NCBI GenBank assembly: GCA_950097015.1
Contig: CATNEN010000039.1
Span: forward strand, 13,082,001-13,146,000
DNA: 64,000 nt
Direction of reading: 5' to 3'
Origin: Macrostomum hystrix
Taxonomy: Eukaryota; Animalia; Platyhelminthes
Position numbers and translations under genes: made by a program. Below are positions 12,101 through 24,871 of this stretch, piece by piece. Below the pieces are notes generated by a model. It saw only the letters and a program-made list of their open reading frames with translations, was not told the origin of the DNA and searched no databases. Position 1 is the first letter of the stretch, and each line of letters begins with the position of its first letter.

Positions 12101-15100
12101 AGATTATTTTAAATCAAGATTTCTTAGAAAATGTTCTATAAAGTCTTTCTCATTCTAAAACGGTGTGTGAACCAGAAACAATATGCCTTTGTGCACTGGG
12201 TTATTATCGCAATTAGTTGAATATTTTAAAAGACACAGAAAAACGTAGGTATTTTAAATACCACCCGTTGCTTTCTATTGTTACAGAGAAAGTCGAAAAT
12301 CTGTTCTACTGTAAGTAGCTAGACGGGCTGGATCGTTCGCACTTTATTCAGTTTAATTTATTACCAATCAATCCCAGAAAAAATGAATATCCTCCTCACC
12401 CCATACTATCTGACAATCTGAATCCTAATTTTATTTCGGCAATGGAATGTCGTATAGATTGTTGCCATAAGTTAGCACAATGTCTCTCTTAACCTTACGC
12501 CGGGAAGCGGTTTGACTATAGCCCTCTTGTTTAGTCTTATCTGTTTTCGGCATTCTTGGCAGGTCGCAAACTATTCGCACACACGCAGACGAGAAAAACA
12601 CACCATTCCAAATGGTTCCCGAGTAAAGTTTTGCACTATTAATTTAGGTTGCATTGGGCCTAAAAAGTTTTATTGTTCGACGCAAACGAATGGTTTGCAC
12701 AAGCCTAGATCGTTTTTAGATTTTTTCAGCGGCACATAAAACGACTTTTAGCGGCACGTTGAAAAACTTTGATTGACGGTACGTCGAGCTGCTTTTGAAG
12801 TGGCGCATCAAAATATTTTTTATTACAGTCGCATCACCGCCCATAGACTATAGCACTCAGTAGCATCACCGCCCATAGACTATAGTACTCACAGTCGCAT
12901 CACCGCCCATAGACTATAGTACTCACAGTCGCATCACCGCCCATAGACTATAGTACTCACAGTAGCATCACCGCCCATAGACTATAGTACTCACAGTAGC
13001 ATCACCGCCCATAGACTATAGTACTCACAGTAGCATCACCGCCCATAGACGATAGTACTCACAGTAGCATCACCGCCCATAGACTATAGTACTCACAGTA
13101 GCATCACCGCCCATAGACTATAGTACTCACAGTAGCATCACCGCCCATAGACTATAGCACTCACAGTAGCATCACCGCCCATAGACTATAGTACTCACAG
13201 TAGCATCACCGCCCATAGACTATAGTACTCACAGTAGCATCAACGCCCATAGACTATAGTACTCACAGTAGCATCACCGCCCATAGACTATAGTACTCAC
13301 AGTAGCATCACCGCCCATAGACTATAGTACTCACAGTAGCATCACTGCCCATAGACTATAGTACTCACAGTAGCATCACCGCCCATAGACTATAGTACTC
13401 ACAGTAGCATCAACGCTCATAGACTATAGTACTCACAGTAGCATCACCGCCCATAGACTATAGTACTCACAGTAGCATCAACGCCCATAGACTATAGTAC
13501 TCACAGTAGCATCACCGCCCATAGACTATAGTACTCACAGTAGCATCACCGCCCATAGACTATAGTACTCACAGTAGCATCACCGCCCATAGACTATAGT
13601 ACTCACAGTAGCATCAACGCCCATAGACTATAGTACTCACAGTAGCATCACCGCCCATAGACTATAGTACTCACAGTAGCATCACCGCCCATAGACTATA
13701 GTACTCACAGTAGCATCAACGCCCATAGACTATAGTACTCACAGTAGCATCACCGCCCATAGACTATAGTACTCACAGTAGCATCACCGCCCATAGACTA
13801 TAGTACTCACAGTAGCATCACTGCCCATAGACTATAGTACTCATAGTAGCATCACCGCCCATAGACGATAGTACTCACAGTAGCATCACCGCCCATAGAC
13901 TATAGTACTCACAGTAGCATCACCGCCCATAGACTATAGTACTCACAGTAGCATCAACGCCCATAGACTATAGTACTCACAGTAGCATCACCGCCCATAG
14001 ACGATAGTACTCACAGTAGCATCACTGCCCATAGACTATAGTACTCACAGTAGCATCACCGCCCATAGACTATAGTACTCACAGTAGCATCAACGCTCAT
14101 AGACTATAGTACTCACAGTAGCATCACCGCCCATAGACTATAGTACTCACAGTAGCATCAACGCTCATAGACTATAGTACTCACAGTAGCATCACCGCCC
14201 ATAGACTATAGTACTCACAGTAGCATCAACGCCCATAGACTATAGTACTCACAGTAGCATCAACGCCCATAGACTATAGTACTCACAGTAGCATCACCGC
14301 CCATAGACTATAGTACTCACAGTAGCATCACCGCCCATAGACTATAGTACTCACAGTAGCATCACCGCCCATAGACTATAGTACTCACAGTAGCATCACC
14401 GCCCATAGACTATAGTACTCACAGTAGCATCAACGCCCATAGACTATAGTACTCACAGTAGCATCACCGCCCATAGACTATAGTACTCACAGTAGCATCA
14501 ACGCCCATAGACTATAGTACTCACAGTAGCATCACCGCCCATAGACTATAGTACTCATAGTAGCATCACCGCCCATAGACGATAGTACTCACAGTAGCAT
14601 CACCGCCCATAGACTATAGTACTCACAGTAGCATCACCGCCCATAGACTATAGTACTCACAGTAGCATCAACGCCCATAGACTATAGTACTCACAGTAGC
14701 ATCACCGCCCATAGACGATAGTACTCACAGTAGCATCACTGCCCATAGACTATAGTACTCACAGTAGCATCACCGCCCATAGACTATAGTACTCACAGTA
14801 GCATCAACGCTCATAGACTATAGTACTCACAGTAGCATCACCGCCCATAGACTATAGTACTCACAGTAGCATCAACGCCCATAGACTATAGTACTCACAG
14901 TAGCATCAACGCCCATAGACTATAGTACTCACAGTAGCATCACCGCCCATAGACTATAGTACTCACAGTAGCATCACCGCCCATAGACGATAGTACTCAC
15001 AGTAGCATCACTGCCCATAGACTATAGTACTCACAGTAGCATCACCGCCCATAGACTATAGTACTCACAGTAGCATCAACGCTCATAGACTATAGTACTC

Positions 15101-18100
15101 ACAGTAGCATCACCGCCCATAGACTATAGTACTCACAGTAGCATCAACGCCCATAGACTATAGTACTCACAGTAGCATCACCGCCCATAGACGATAGTAC
15201 TCACAGTAGCATCACTGCCCATAGACTATAGTACTCACAGTAGCATCACCGCCCATAGACTATAGTACTCACAGTAGCATCAACGCTCATAGACTATAGT
15301 ACTCACAGTAGCATCACCGCCCATAGACTATAGTACTCACAGTAGCATCAACGCCCATAGACTATAGTACTCACAGTAGCATCACCGCCCATAGACTATA
15401 GTACTCACAGTAGCATCACCGCCCATAGACTATAGTACTCATAGTAGCATCACCGCCCATAGACGATAGTACTCACAGTAGCATCACCGCCCATAGACTA
15501 TAGTACTCACAGTAGCATCACCGCCCATAGACTATAGTACTCACAGTAGCATCACCGCCCATAGACTATAGTACTCACAGTAGCATCACTGCCCATAGAC
15601 TATAGTACTCACAGTAGCATCACCGCCCACAGACTATAGCACTCACATTCGCATCACCGCCCGTAGACTAAAGCACTCACAGTCGAATCACCGGCTTGCG
15701 AGCAGTCTGCGGTCCGACTCGCTTCTTGGCGATGGCCATGACAAGCTGGTCGGAGAACAGGAATAAATAAGCCGCCTCTTTCTTGCCTTCCAGTTGCACA
15801 GCGTCGTGTCGCAGGTATTCTCGCTTGGGCGACACCAACTGTGAAATGGATTAGTACCGTTGTGGATGTTTAGTAATGGTGCAATGCATGAAACGCACAC
15901 TGCGCAGGAATGCATTTTAAGCATATTTTGCTTGGGACAGGCAGCAATCATAAGAAAACAGGGCACTGGTGCTTGGAACATTTTGTGATCGATTGAACCG
16001 ACTAAATTAGCCATTTAACTCGCGTGTTCTTAGCTAATTGGTTTGGCTAGACTTAAGTAGCCGACCTGAAAGTACAATGGATGTCGTTACAAACTTTCCA
16101 AATAGTTTCAAAGGTTAGTGACTCACCAAATGACTCATTTGCTATAGTAAAGCAATTATAAAGATTCATAGAGGAAATTTGATAAAGATTTGTTTTAACT
16201 TATTTGTTTAATTTTTATTTCTTTTTTGCAAAAAAATCTGTTAGACAGATGCCTAAACCTGTTAGACAGATGCCTAAACCTGTTAGACAGATGCCTAAAC
16301 CTGTTAGACATATGCCTAAACCTGTTAGACAGATGCCTATGCCTGTTAGACAGATGCCTATGCCTGTTAGACAGATGCCTATGCCTGTTAGACAGATGCC
16401 TATGCCTGTTAGACAGATGCCTAAACCTGTTAGACAGATGCCTAAACCTGTTAGACAGATGCCTAAACCTGTTAGACAGATGCCTAAATCTGTTAGACAT
16501 ATGCCTAAACCTGTTAGACAGATGCCTATGCCTGTTAGACAGATGCCTATGCCTGTTAGACAGATGCCTAAACCTGTTAGACAGATGCCTAAACCTGTTA
16601 GACAGATGCCTAAACCTGTTAGACAGATGCCTAAATCTGTTAGACATATGCCTAAACCTGTTAGACAGATGCCTATGCCTGTTAGACAGATGCCTATGCC
16701 TGTTAGACAGATGCCTAAACCTGTTAGACAGATGCCTATGCCTGTTAGACATATGCCTAAACCTGTTAGACAGATGCCTATGCCTGTTAGACAGATGCCT
16801 ATGCCTGTTAGACAGATGCCTATGCCTGTTAGACAGATGCCTAAACCTGTTAGACAGATGCCTAAACCTGTTAGACAGATGCCTAAACCTGTTAGACAGA
16901 TGCCTATGCCTGTTAGACAGATGCCTAGACCTGTTAGACAGATGCCTATGCCTGTTAGACAGATGCCTACACCCTTTAGATAGTTAGAAGACGAGACTTT
17001 GGGTATTTTAAATTAACTTTTAATCAAGCGACATTGGAACTAACGAACTAACGCTATGATGTTTTTGTTATAGTTAGTCGTTAAGCCTTTCATTGATTCT
17101 ATAATCTCTATCCTATTAATTTTTAATCCCATAGGGCGACGACACAAGCGAATAGTTTTTAGGGTTGAATTTCAGCTAGGCAAGGTCGGTAGTTCCGTTT
17201 CCATAGCTCGAATACCAAAGACGTGCTTGTTTGACGGTACGGGAGGCAATGGGGATAACACAGAGAGAGAGGGGCTTGTTTTGCAGATGCCTAGCTGTGA
17301 TAACAGTTGCTGCCCACCATCAAAGGCTAACTTGACGCGCGCTGGGTGTTCTAGATTTGATGGAATGTGCAGTTTTAGTTTAGCAGCAATAGTCGTAAAC
17401 TTGGCAATTTATTGCTTTCAAGAAGTACTTCGAACCTTGGCGAATCGAATGGTTGAAAGCATCAAATTTAGAAGAAAATAAACTCTAAAACATTCGATTT
17501 TCTAGCAATCATCTTCTTTTCTTAGCTTCTTATAAACAATCAGATGCCAGAAGGTGCTTAACCAAAAAAACTTTTCTTGGACGCAATTTTTCTTAGACCA
17601 ATCAGAAGTAGTTAAGTTATTAACCAATAAGAGACCAGTAGATTCACAACCAATCATCATTGATCAGTATATTTTCAACCAATCAGAGATCAATAGATTC
17701 TCAATCAATCGGAGAACAGTAGATTCTCAACCAATCAGAGATAAGTAGATTCTCAACCAATCAGAGATCAGTAGATTCCCAACCAATCAGACATCAGTAG
17801 ATTCTCAACCAAACAGAGATCAGTAGATTCTCAACCAATCAGAGATAAGTAGATTCTCAACCAATCAGAGATAAGTAGATTCTCAACCAATCAGAGATCA
17901 GTAGATTCCCAACCAATCAGACATCAGTAGATTCTCAACCAAACAGAGATCAGTAGATTCTCAACCAATAAGAGACCAGTAGATTCACAACCAATCATCA
18001 TTGATCAGTATATTTTCAACCAATCAGAGATCAATAGATTCTCAATCAATCGGAGAACAGTAGATTCTCAACCAATCAGAGATAAGTAGATTCTCAACCA

Positions 18101-21100
18101 ATCAGAGATCAGTAGATTCCCAACCAATCAGACATCAGTAGATTCTCAACCAAACAGAGATCAGTAGATTCTCAACCAAACAGAGATCAGTAGATTCTCA
18201 ACCAAACAGAGATCAGTAGATTCTCAACCAATCAGAGATAAGTAGATTCTCAACCAATCAGAGATAAGTAGATTCTCGACAAATCAGAGATCATTAGACT
18301 CTCGACAAATCAGAGATCACTAGATTCTCAACCAATAAGAGACCAGTAGATTCACAACCAATCATCATTGATCAGTATATTTTCAACCAATCAGAGATCA
18401 GTAGATTCCCAACCAATCAGAGATCAGTAGATTCCCAACCAATCAGAGATCAGTAGATTTTGAACCAATCAAAAGCTAGTTGTTTTTTCAATCGATTCGT
18501 AGAAAACTTTCTTGAGTTTGATTTTTTGTTTTAAAAAAGCCATAGACTCACATCATTAACTAGAAGAAGATTTTCGAGCGCCCTCAAACTCTCTTGCAGT
18601 CCCTCAGTCTGTTGGGCCTCTTTGAGCGTGTTGACTCGAAGCGCCAGTTCGTGAATGGCCAGCTCAGCTTGCTTTAGCTTGGCATAGTCTGGGTGACTCG
18701 GGTCAGTGTACTCGATCAGGCGCTGGGGGTTTTAAGAGCGAGTTTTAGAAAACCTATTGCCTATGACTAATAATATAGCAGGCACTATTGCGATGACAAT
18801 GACTATTATAATGACAATGACACTATTATAATGACAATGACACTATTATAATGACAATGACACTATTATAATGACAATGACACTATTATAATGACAATGA
18901 CACTATTATGATGACAATGACACTATTATAATGACAATGACACTATTATAATGACAATGACTATTATGATGACAATGACACTATTAATATAATGACAATG
19001 ACACTATTAATGACAATGACACTATTATAATGACAATCACTATTATGATGACAATGACACTATTATAATGACAATGACACTATTAATGACAATGACTATT
19101 ATGATGACAATGACACTATTATAATGACAATGACACTATTATAATGACAATGACACTATTATAATGACAATGACACTATTATAATGACAATGACACTATT
19201 ATAATGACAATGACACTATTATAATGACAATGACACTATTATAATGACAATGACACTATTATAATGATAATGACACTATTATAATGACAATGACACTATT
19301 ATAATGACAATGACACTATTATAATGACAATGACACTATTATAATGACAATGACACTATTATAATGACAATGACACTATTATAATGACAATGACACTATT
19401 ATAATGACAATGACACTATTATAATGACAATGACTATTATGATGACAATGACACTATTATAATGACAATGACACTATTATAATGACAATGACTATTATGA
19501 TGACAATGACTATTATAATGACAGTGACTATTATAGTGACAATGACTATTATAATGACAATGACTATTATAATGACAATGACTATTATAATGACAGTGAC
19601 TATTATAATGACAATGACTATTATGATGACAATGACTATTATGATGACAATGACTATTATAATGACAATGACTATTACGATGACAATGACTATTATGATG
19701 ACAATGACTATTATGATTTCACAATAACTGCAATCCTACCTTAACAAGCATCTCGTATCTGGGTATTCGTTGAACTGGCTTGATGATCAAAGACTTCAGT
19801 GGCAACCTTCTCCTATTGTCTCTTTGAATTTGCTGCGTGGTGTGAAAAAGATAATCGGGTAAAAACAGCAATAAAATCGTTGATAATAAATAATAAGCAG
19901 CAAATTCAGAAGATCTCAGTGCTTTCGCACCTCAACAAATCGTTGGAACGCCGATTTCTGCTGCAGCGCTGACTCCAGGCTGCGTTCGGAGCGAGCGAAG
20001 TTCTCGATAAACGAACAGTAGAACTCAACGACTGTGCGCTTCTTAAACTGTTGTTGAGTGAGTGAGTATAGCTTAATTCTTTTTTAATTTTCTGTTTCAT
20101 TGATTTCTATCTAGCTGCTCATTTTTATCCGCATTTACTTTTTAAGAGTCCCATTGACCTATAGGGGACGCTAAAGTTAATTTCCTGAACTTGAAAGAAA
20201 ACAAGCAGTTTCTTCTCTCTTTTTATTAGTGTCAGTGTCTTTGGCGCTTGAGACATTCCTCCTCTACCCAATCTCTACTCTCCCCCTCTCCTCTCCCTCT
20301 CTCCTCTCCCTCTCTCCTCTCCCTCTCTCCTCTCCCCCTCTTATCTCCCTCTCTCATCTCCCCCTCTCCTCTCCCTCTCTCCTCTCCCTCTCTCCTCTCC
20401 CCCTCTCATCTCCCTCTCTCATCTCCCTCTCTCCTCTCCCTCTCTCCTCTCCCTCTCTCCTCTCCCTCTCTCTTCTCCCTCTCTCATCTCCCTCTCTCCT
20501 CTCCCTCTCTCCTCTCCCTCTCTCTTCTCCCTCTCTCATCTCCCTCTCTCCTCTCCCTCTCTCATCTCCCTCTCTCATCTCCCCCTCTCCTCTCCCTCTC
20601 TCCTCTCCCTCTCTCCTCTCCCTCTCTCATCTCCCTCTCTCATCTCCATCTCTCCTCTCCCCCTCCCTCTCTCCTCTCCCTCTCTCCTCTCCCTCTCTCC
20701 TCTCCATCTCTTCTCTCCGTCTCCCTATCTCTTCCATCTCTCTTCTCTACTCCTCTACATTTCCCACTTAATAATCTCCCGAGGCCTACGTCACAGTGCA
20801 CCTTAAAATAGCGGACTAGCTTTAACTCCTTGCCGCAAGGTCAGTTTGGGATATTTTTCTACGAGAGGAAGAAATTTCTCTGCTATTTTACACGGCAGGA
20901 AATTTCGCTGATTCACAGCGTCTACGCATTTTAGGGATCTTCACAACCCTAGCCTGGGGATATATCGAATCAGCACTACGCATGATTAAGGCATCCCCTC
21001 TGATAGGTGCTGCATGTGATATCCCATGTGCTATAATCCCATTCTGGCTTGTTATCAATTTTGATCTCTCAGCTTTCTTCGTCTAGTCAGGAAACATGGA

Positions 21101-21197
21101 AGAATTCCTTCATGTAAAGCATAAATTATTATTTATCCCAAATAGGGATGACTGGTTGGCATGCACTGTAGAGTGCATAAATCTATCTATCTATCTG

Positions 21198-21254
<57 letters not shown>

Positions 21255-24200
21255 TCCCCCGCTATTACCATGGTTGCTATCTGGTCTCCAATGGTGGTAT
21301 CGCTAGTCCAGCTATTCCACGTGTTCTCAAGCAGATTCAGAAAGATGGTGTGCTGAGTTCGAATCTCTGGGATCCAATGAAAAATGTCGGCCACCGTGCT
21401 AGCGTCCAGTAGTGAAGGATTGCTCTTCAATGGAATCATGTACTTCTGCAAGTTGATGTACAAACATTTCAGTCATGCATCAGTGCTTATGTAGTTAACG
21501 ATGCACTTGAAACGAGAAAACAACTCACTTCAACAATAGTCGATAGCGACTCAACGTATTCCTTCTCAACTTCCACCAGCTCCTTAACAATGTGATAGCG
21601 TTTGTCCTGCAATAATTGGAAATCAGAATGGAGTTCTCCGACCGTATTTGGTCACGTGACTTATTCAAGATCCTAGTGAAATTGATATGCTATTTTTAGC
21701 ATGCAAGGTCACTTATCACGCGTACCATGCGTGACTTTAGAATGCTACGTAAAATACGTACTGAAAAATATCGACTACTTAGCTTCTAGAACACGGGTTT
21801 TTGTGGACAAATTTGTACTTTGAATGCCGAAATATGGGAGAAATGGATTCAAAGGGGAGAGATAGATACGACGGAAGAGATGAAACAAGATAGAGATGAG
21901 ACACATAAGGGATGAGACAGAGGGGAGGTGAGACACAGGTGAAATGAGACGCGGGTAAGCTGAGACAAGAATAGATGATACTTGGGAGAAATAAGACGGG
22001 AGAGATGAGACAGGGGAGAGATGAGACATGAGAGAGATAAGACACAAGAGAGATGAGACTCGGGAGACATGAGACATGAGAGAGATAAGACAAGGTGAGA
22101 GATGAGACAGGGAAGAGATGAGACATTGTAGAGTTGGTGCCAGAGACCGGTGGTAGCCGGCTGAATCTACCTGTACAGCGAGCAGATTGGTTGCGCTGCC
22201 GCTCCTAGAAGGTGCTCCGGCGTCCGACTCCTGTAGGCTGTGCAGCAGGCCGCCGGTGTTGGCGCCGGGTGCCGCCAGGGATTCCACTGAGCGACTGTTG
22301 TCCCAGGCCAGGATTGGAGTGTCTGAGTAGACAGGTGTTTTGTTTAAGGGTAACTGTCAATGAAATATGTCTAGAAATGCTACCTAGGAGAAAATCAGGG
22401 TGGTTAGAACTATGTGGGGGGAGAGCTAGGGGAAGAGACAGAGAGGGGAGAACTTAGGGAAGAGACGGAGAAGGGAGAACTTAGAGAAGAGACGGAGAGG
22501 GGAGAACTTAGAGAAGAGACGGAGAGGGAGAACTTAGGGAAGAGACGGAGAAGGGAGAACTTAGGGAAGAGACGGAGAGGGAGAACTTAGGGAAGAGACG
22601 GAGAAGGGAGAACTTAGGGAAGAGACGGAGAAGGGAGAACTTAGGGAAGAGACGGAGAGGGGAGAACTTAGGGAAGAGACGGAGAGGGAGAACTTAGGGA
22701 AGAGACGTAGAGGGGAGAACTTAGGGAAGAGACGGAGAGGGGAGAACTTAGAGAAGAGACGGAGAGGGGAGAACTTAGGGAAGAGACGGAGAGGGAGAAC
22801 TTAGGGAAGAGACGTAGAGGGGAGAACTTAGGGAAGAGACGGAGAGGGTAGAACTTAGGGAAGTAATAGACAAAGGGGAAGAACTAGAAAGAGACGGAGA
22901 GGGGAGAACTTAGGGAAGAGACGGAGAGGGGAGAACTTAGGGAAGAGACGGAGAGGGGAGAACTTAGGGAAGAGACGGAGAGGGGAGAACTTAGGGAAGA
23001 GACGTAGAGGGGAGAACTTAGGGAAGAGACGGAGAGGGGAGAACTTAGAGAAGAGACGGAGAGGGGAGAACTTAGGGAAGAGACGGAGAGGGAGAACTAG
23101 AAAGAGACGGAGAGGGGAGAACTTAGGGAAGAGACGGAGAGGGGAGAACTTAGGGAAGAGACGGAGAGGGAGAACTTAGGGAAGAGACGGAGAGGGGAGA
23201 ACTTAGGGAAGAGACGGAGAGGGGAGAACTTAGGGAAGAGACAAAGGGGGGAAATAGGGGAAGAAACGGAAGCAGCGGTATGAAATCAGTCTCAAAGGGC
23301 AAAGCTAAGGTTAGGCAGTAGTAAGTATCTCTAATTCAGAAGTGCATCACATTTCGTTGCCAAAAGTAGTTAAGGCCATTTGGGAACGGAACAGACGGCG
23401 AAATGTTTTTGTGTGCAAATGCAAAGTCTTGAAAAATGGGTTTCAGTTGGTGAAACAGAGCAGGACAGAGGTAACAGAAACAACTAGAGACGGGAAGGAA
23501 CGAAAGAACAACAAGAAAATGAAAAAGTCTTGTCCTCTCGGGGGCCCGACGGGTTCAAAGCCCACACGGAGACTAAAAATACTTCCCCATTTGCAAGTTT
23601 GCTGGTCAAACTGTCGAGAAAAAATGCTAAATCCCTGCTGATTGGTTAAGTGCAACGTCTAAGATGAAATGCGATGCCAATTCTGGGATACTTATTGCAA
23701 TGTCTGGAATGTTGTCTGTAGTTTTTTTTTACTATTCTATGACTATATTTAGCCTGCGCTCAACTTTTCGATTCTATTTTGCATTTTGGGAAAGGCAAAA
23801 GGTTGTCGGGCGTTACATCGCCCGAAGCACGGATCCGACGGTAATAATGTTTTTTTTGATTGGCTGATGAAATATCACGTGCTTGGGCGGTGAGGCGGGT
23901 TTGTTGGGGTTTCCAAAAACACACTCTAAAAATAGCAACATGATCAAAGCCCTACCAGCCAATCAGGTGACCAGCTGTGTTCGCAAGAATTTAACGAACA
24001 CACAGCCGTCCTAAATTAACTACACACTAGTCTATACTAGAAGACATACAAAAGCAGCATTAGTTTCACCGGATTTGTGATGATGAAGATGATGATGACA
24101 CTTTCCGGCGATGTTTCCGCTCTCGCCGCAGTTCGCTGCGCAGCCGCTGCCGCCGCAGGGCACAGTGCAGGCGGCGCTTCTGCTCCGAGTCACGTAAGGC

Positions 24201-24435
24201 CTGGCGTGCTGTGGCTGCTGCTGCTGCTGCTGCTGCTGCTTTGGCGACTCGTCACTTTTCTGTCGCCAGTGACAACTGCCAGTGTCGCCAGCTTCATCCT
24301 CTGGCGTCGCTGGCGATGGCGAAGGTATCGGCGATTCAAAAACTGAAATGGCATCACCAGTTGAGGACAATCTGTGCTGATGCGGACTTGCTGACGTTGA
24401 CAGTAGCATCGGTTGGTGCTCCAGCTGATGCAGCA

Positions 24436-24467
<32 letters not shown>

Positions 24468-24682
24468 AGCTGCTGCTGCTGTGACGAGGAGCTGCCGCCA
24501 ACGCAGGCCTCCGAGATTCCAGAGTCTCCGCCGCCGCTGCCGCCGCTGCCACGCTGATGCTGAATTGGCGAGGAGTCCCTGCGGAGGGCGTGCTTCGGGA
24601 ATCGGGTGGTTCGGTAGGCCAGCCTGGCTATTCTGTTGAACTGCTCCACAATGGAGTTTGACGATAGCAGGGCTGGCGATGT

Positions 24683-24755
<73 letters not shown>

Positions 24756-24871
24756 TGCGGCTGTTGTGTTTGTTTCTGCTTCTGCTGTTTCTGTTGCTGC
24801 TGCTGCTGCTGCTGTTCCTGCTTCTCAACTAAAGACTCGAGAAGTTTTTGATCACCTTTAGAGCGATGCAT
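7234..24871 (-). CDS. ARHGEF17: Rho guanine nucleotide exchange factor 17-like (ARHGEF10/17 family: DH + PH-like + C-terminal beta-propeller), ~1406 aa, 15 exons
   Basis: Exons (-): 24871-24070, 22322-22171, 21606-21529, 21445-21269, 20047-19931, 19832-19740, 18722-18552, 15838-15681, 12094-11680, 10949-10647, 9967-9747, 9212-8590, 8504-8157, 8082-7909, 7622-7234. Total 4221 nt, all phases match. DH motifs KRYHIVKELVEVEKEYVESL and LKSLIIKPVQRIPRYEMLVK..TDPSHPDY. PH-like YLFLFSDQLV. Propeller motifs TMWLGCQDG, DLLWVGTTSG, GHCGPVRFL and MVISGGMGFEEF are typical of ARHGEF10/17. Confidence 0.88.
7670..7835. repeat. 19-bp minisatellite (agcggagtgaggtggtggt)
   Basis: About 8 units in the last ARHGEF17-like intron. 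Confidence 0.9.
9237..9643 (+). mobile_element. MITE-like element (family C) with imperfect terminal inverted repeats
   Basis: Left end TAACAGTGAAAGACCAC..GTATTTCAAAT; right end GTTTGAAATACC..GCGGTCTTTCTC (inverted). Homologous to the copies at 1104 and 30165. Confidence 0.55.
10097..10420 (+). mobile_element. tRNA-derived SINE family A
   Basis: TGGTTAACGCGTTT...AAGTTCGATTCC (B box). Body is the reverse complement of 31215-31530. TTATCATTAT tail. Confidence 0.8.
10988..11667. repeat. 27-bp minisatellite (ctgggatctggtatcgatagtttgtca)
   Basis: About 25 units filling more than 90% of intron 10950-11679. Confidence 0.95.
12190..12283 (+). mobile_element. Family C right-end fragment
   Basis: caattagttgaatatttt...ggtattttaaatacc...ctttctattgtta resembles 9560-9640. 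Confidence 0.35.
12826..15694. repeat. 34-bp minisatellite (actcacagtagcatcaccgcccatagactatagt), ~84 units
   Basis: Highly homogeneous tandem array whose terminal unit overlaps exon 15838-15681. Confidence 0.97.
16236..16985. repeat. 21-bp minisatellite (cctgttagacagatgcctaaa/atg)
   Basis: About 35 units. Confidence 0.95.
17590..18475. repeat. ~26-bp minisatellite (agattctcaaccaatcagagatcagt) with ~340-370 bp higher-order blocks
   Basis: The variant block accaataagagaccagtagattcac recurs at ~17623, 17964 and 18331. Confidence 0.9.
18552..21606 (-). CDS. ARHGEF17: DH (RhoGEF) domain exons of the ARHGEF17-like gene
   Basis: Five phase-0 exons translating DKRYHIVKELVEVEKEYVESLSTIVE / KYMIPL...IFHWIPEIRTQH / ...FYCSFIENF... 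/ ...IIKPVQRIPRYEMLVK / RLIEYTDPSHPDYAKL. Mostly missed by the ORF track. Confidence 0.92.
18785..19716. repeat. 20/18-bp AT-rich minisatellite (ataatgacaatgacactatt)
   Basis: Fills intron 18723-19739. Confidence 0.95.
20270..20760. repeat. CT-rich low-complexity tandem repeat
   Basis: ctctcctctccct iterations. Confidence 0.9.
21181..21254. repeat. (CTAT)n microsatellite
   Basis: About 18 units next to donor 21268. Confidence 0.95.
21855..22126. repeat. Degenerate GA-rich repeat (gagagatgagaca)
   Basis: Imperfect tandem units. Confidence 0.7.
22425..23245. repeat. 26-27-bp minisatellite (gagacggagaggggagaacttagggaa)
   Basis: About 30 units. Confidence 0.95.

Noticed and set aside
12826-15694. 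CRISPR-like 34-bp repeat
   Set aside because: No unique spacers, no cas genes, eukaryotic intron; a head-to-tail minisatellite.
22425-23245. Interstitial telomere (TTAGGG in each unit)
   Set aside because: One hexamer per 27-bp unit, never tandem.
23620-23970. Internal promoter (three CCAAT and GC-box-like motifs) in ARHGEF17-like intron 1
   Set aside because: Short motifs, and no phase-compatible first exon found; insufficient support.
24077-24861. Antisense poly-Ala/poly-Cys/poly-Leu ORFs
   Set aside because: Shadows of the CAG-rich exon on the - strand.
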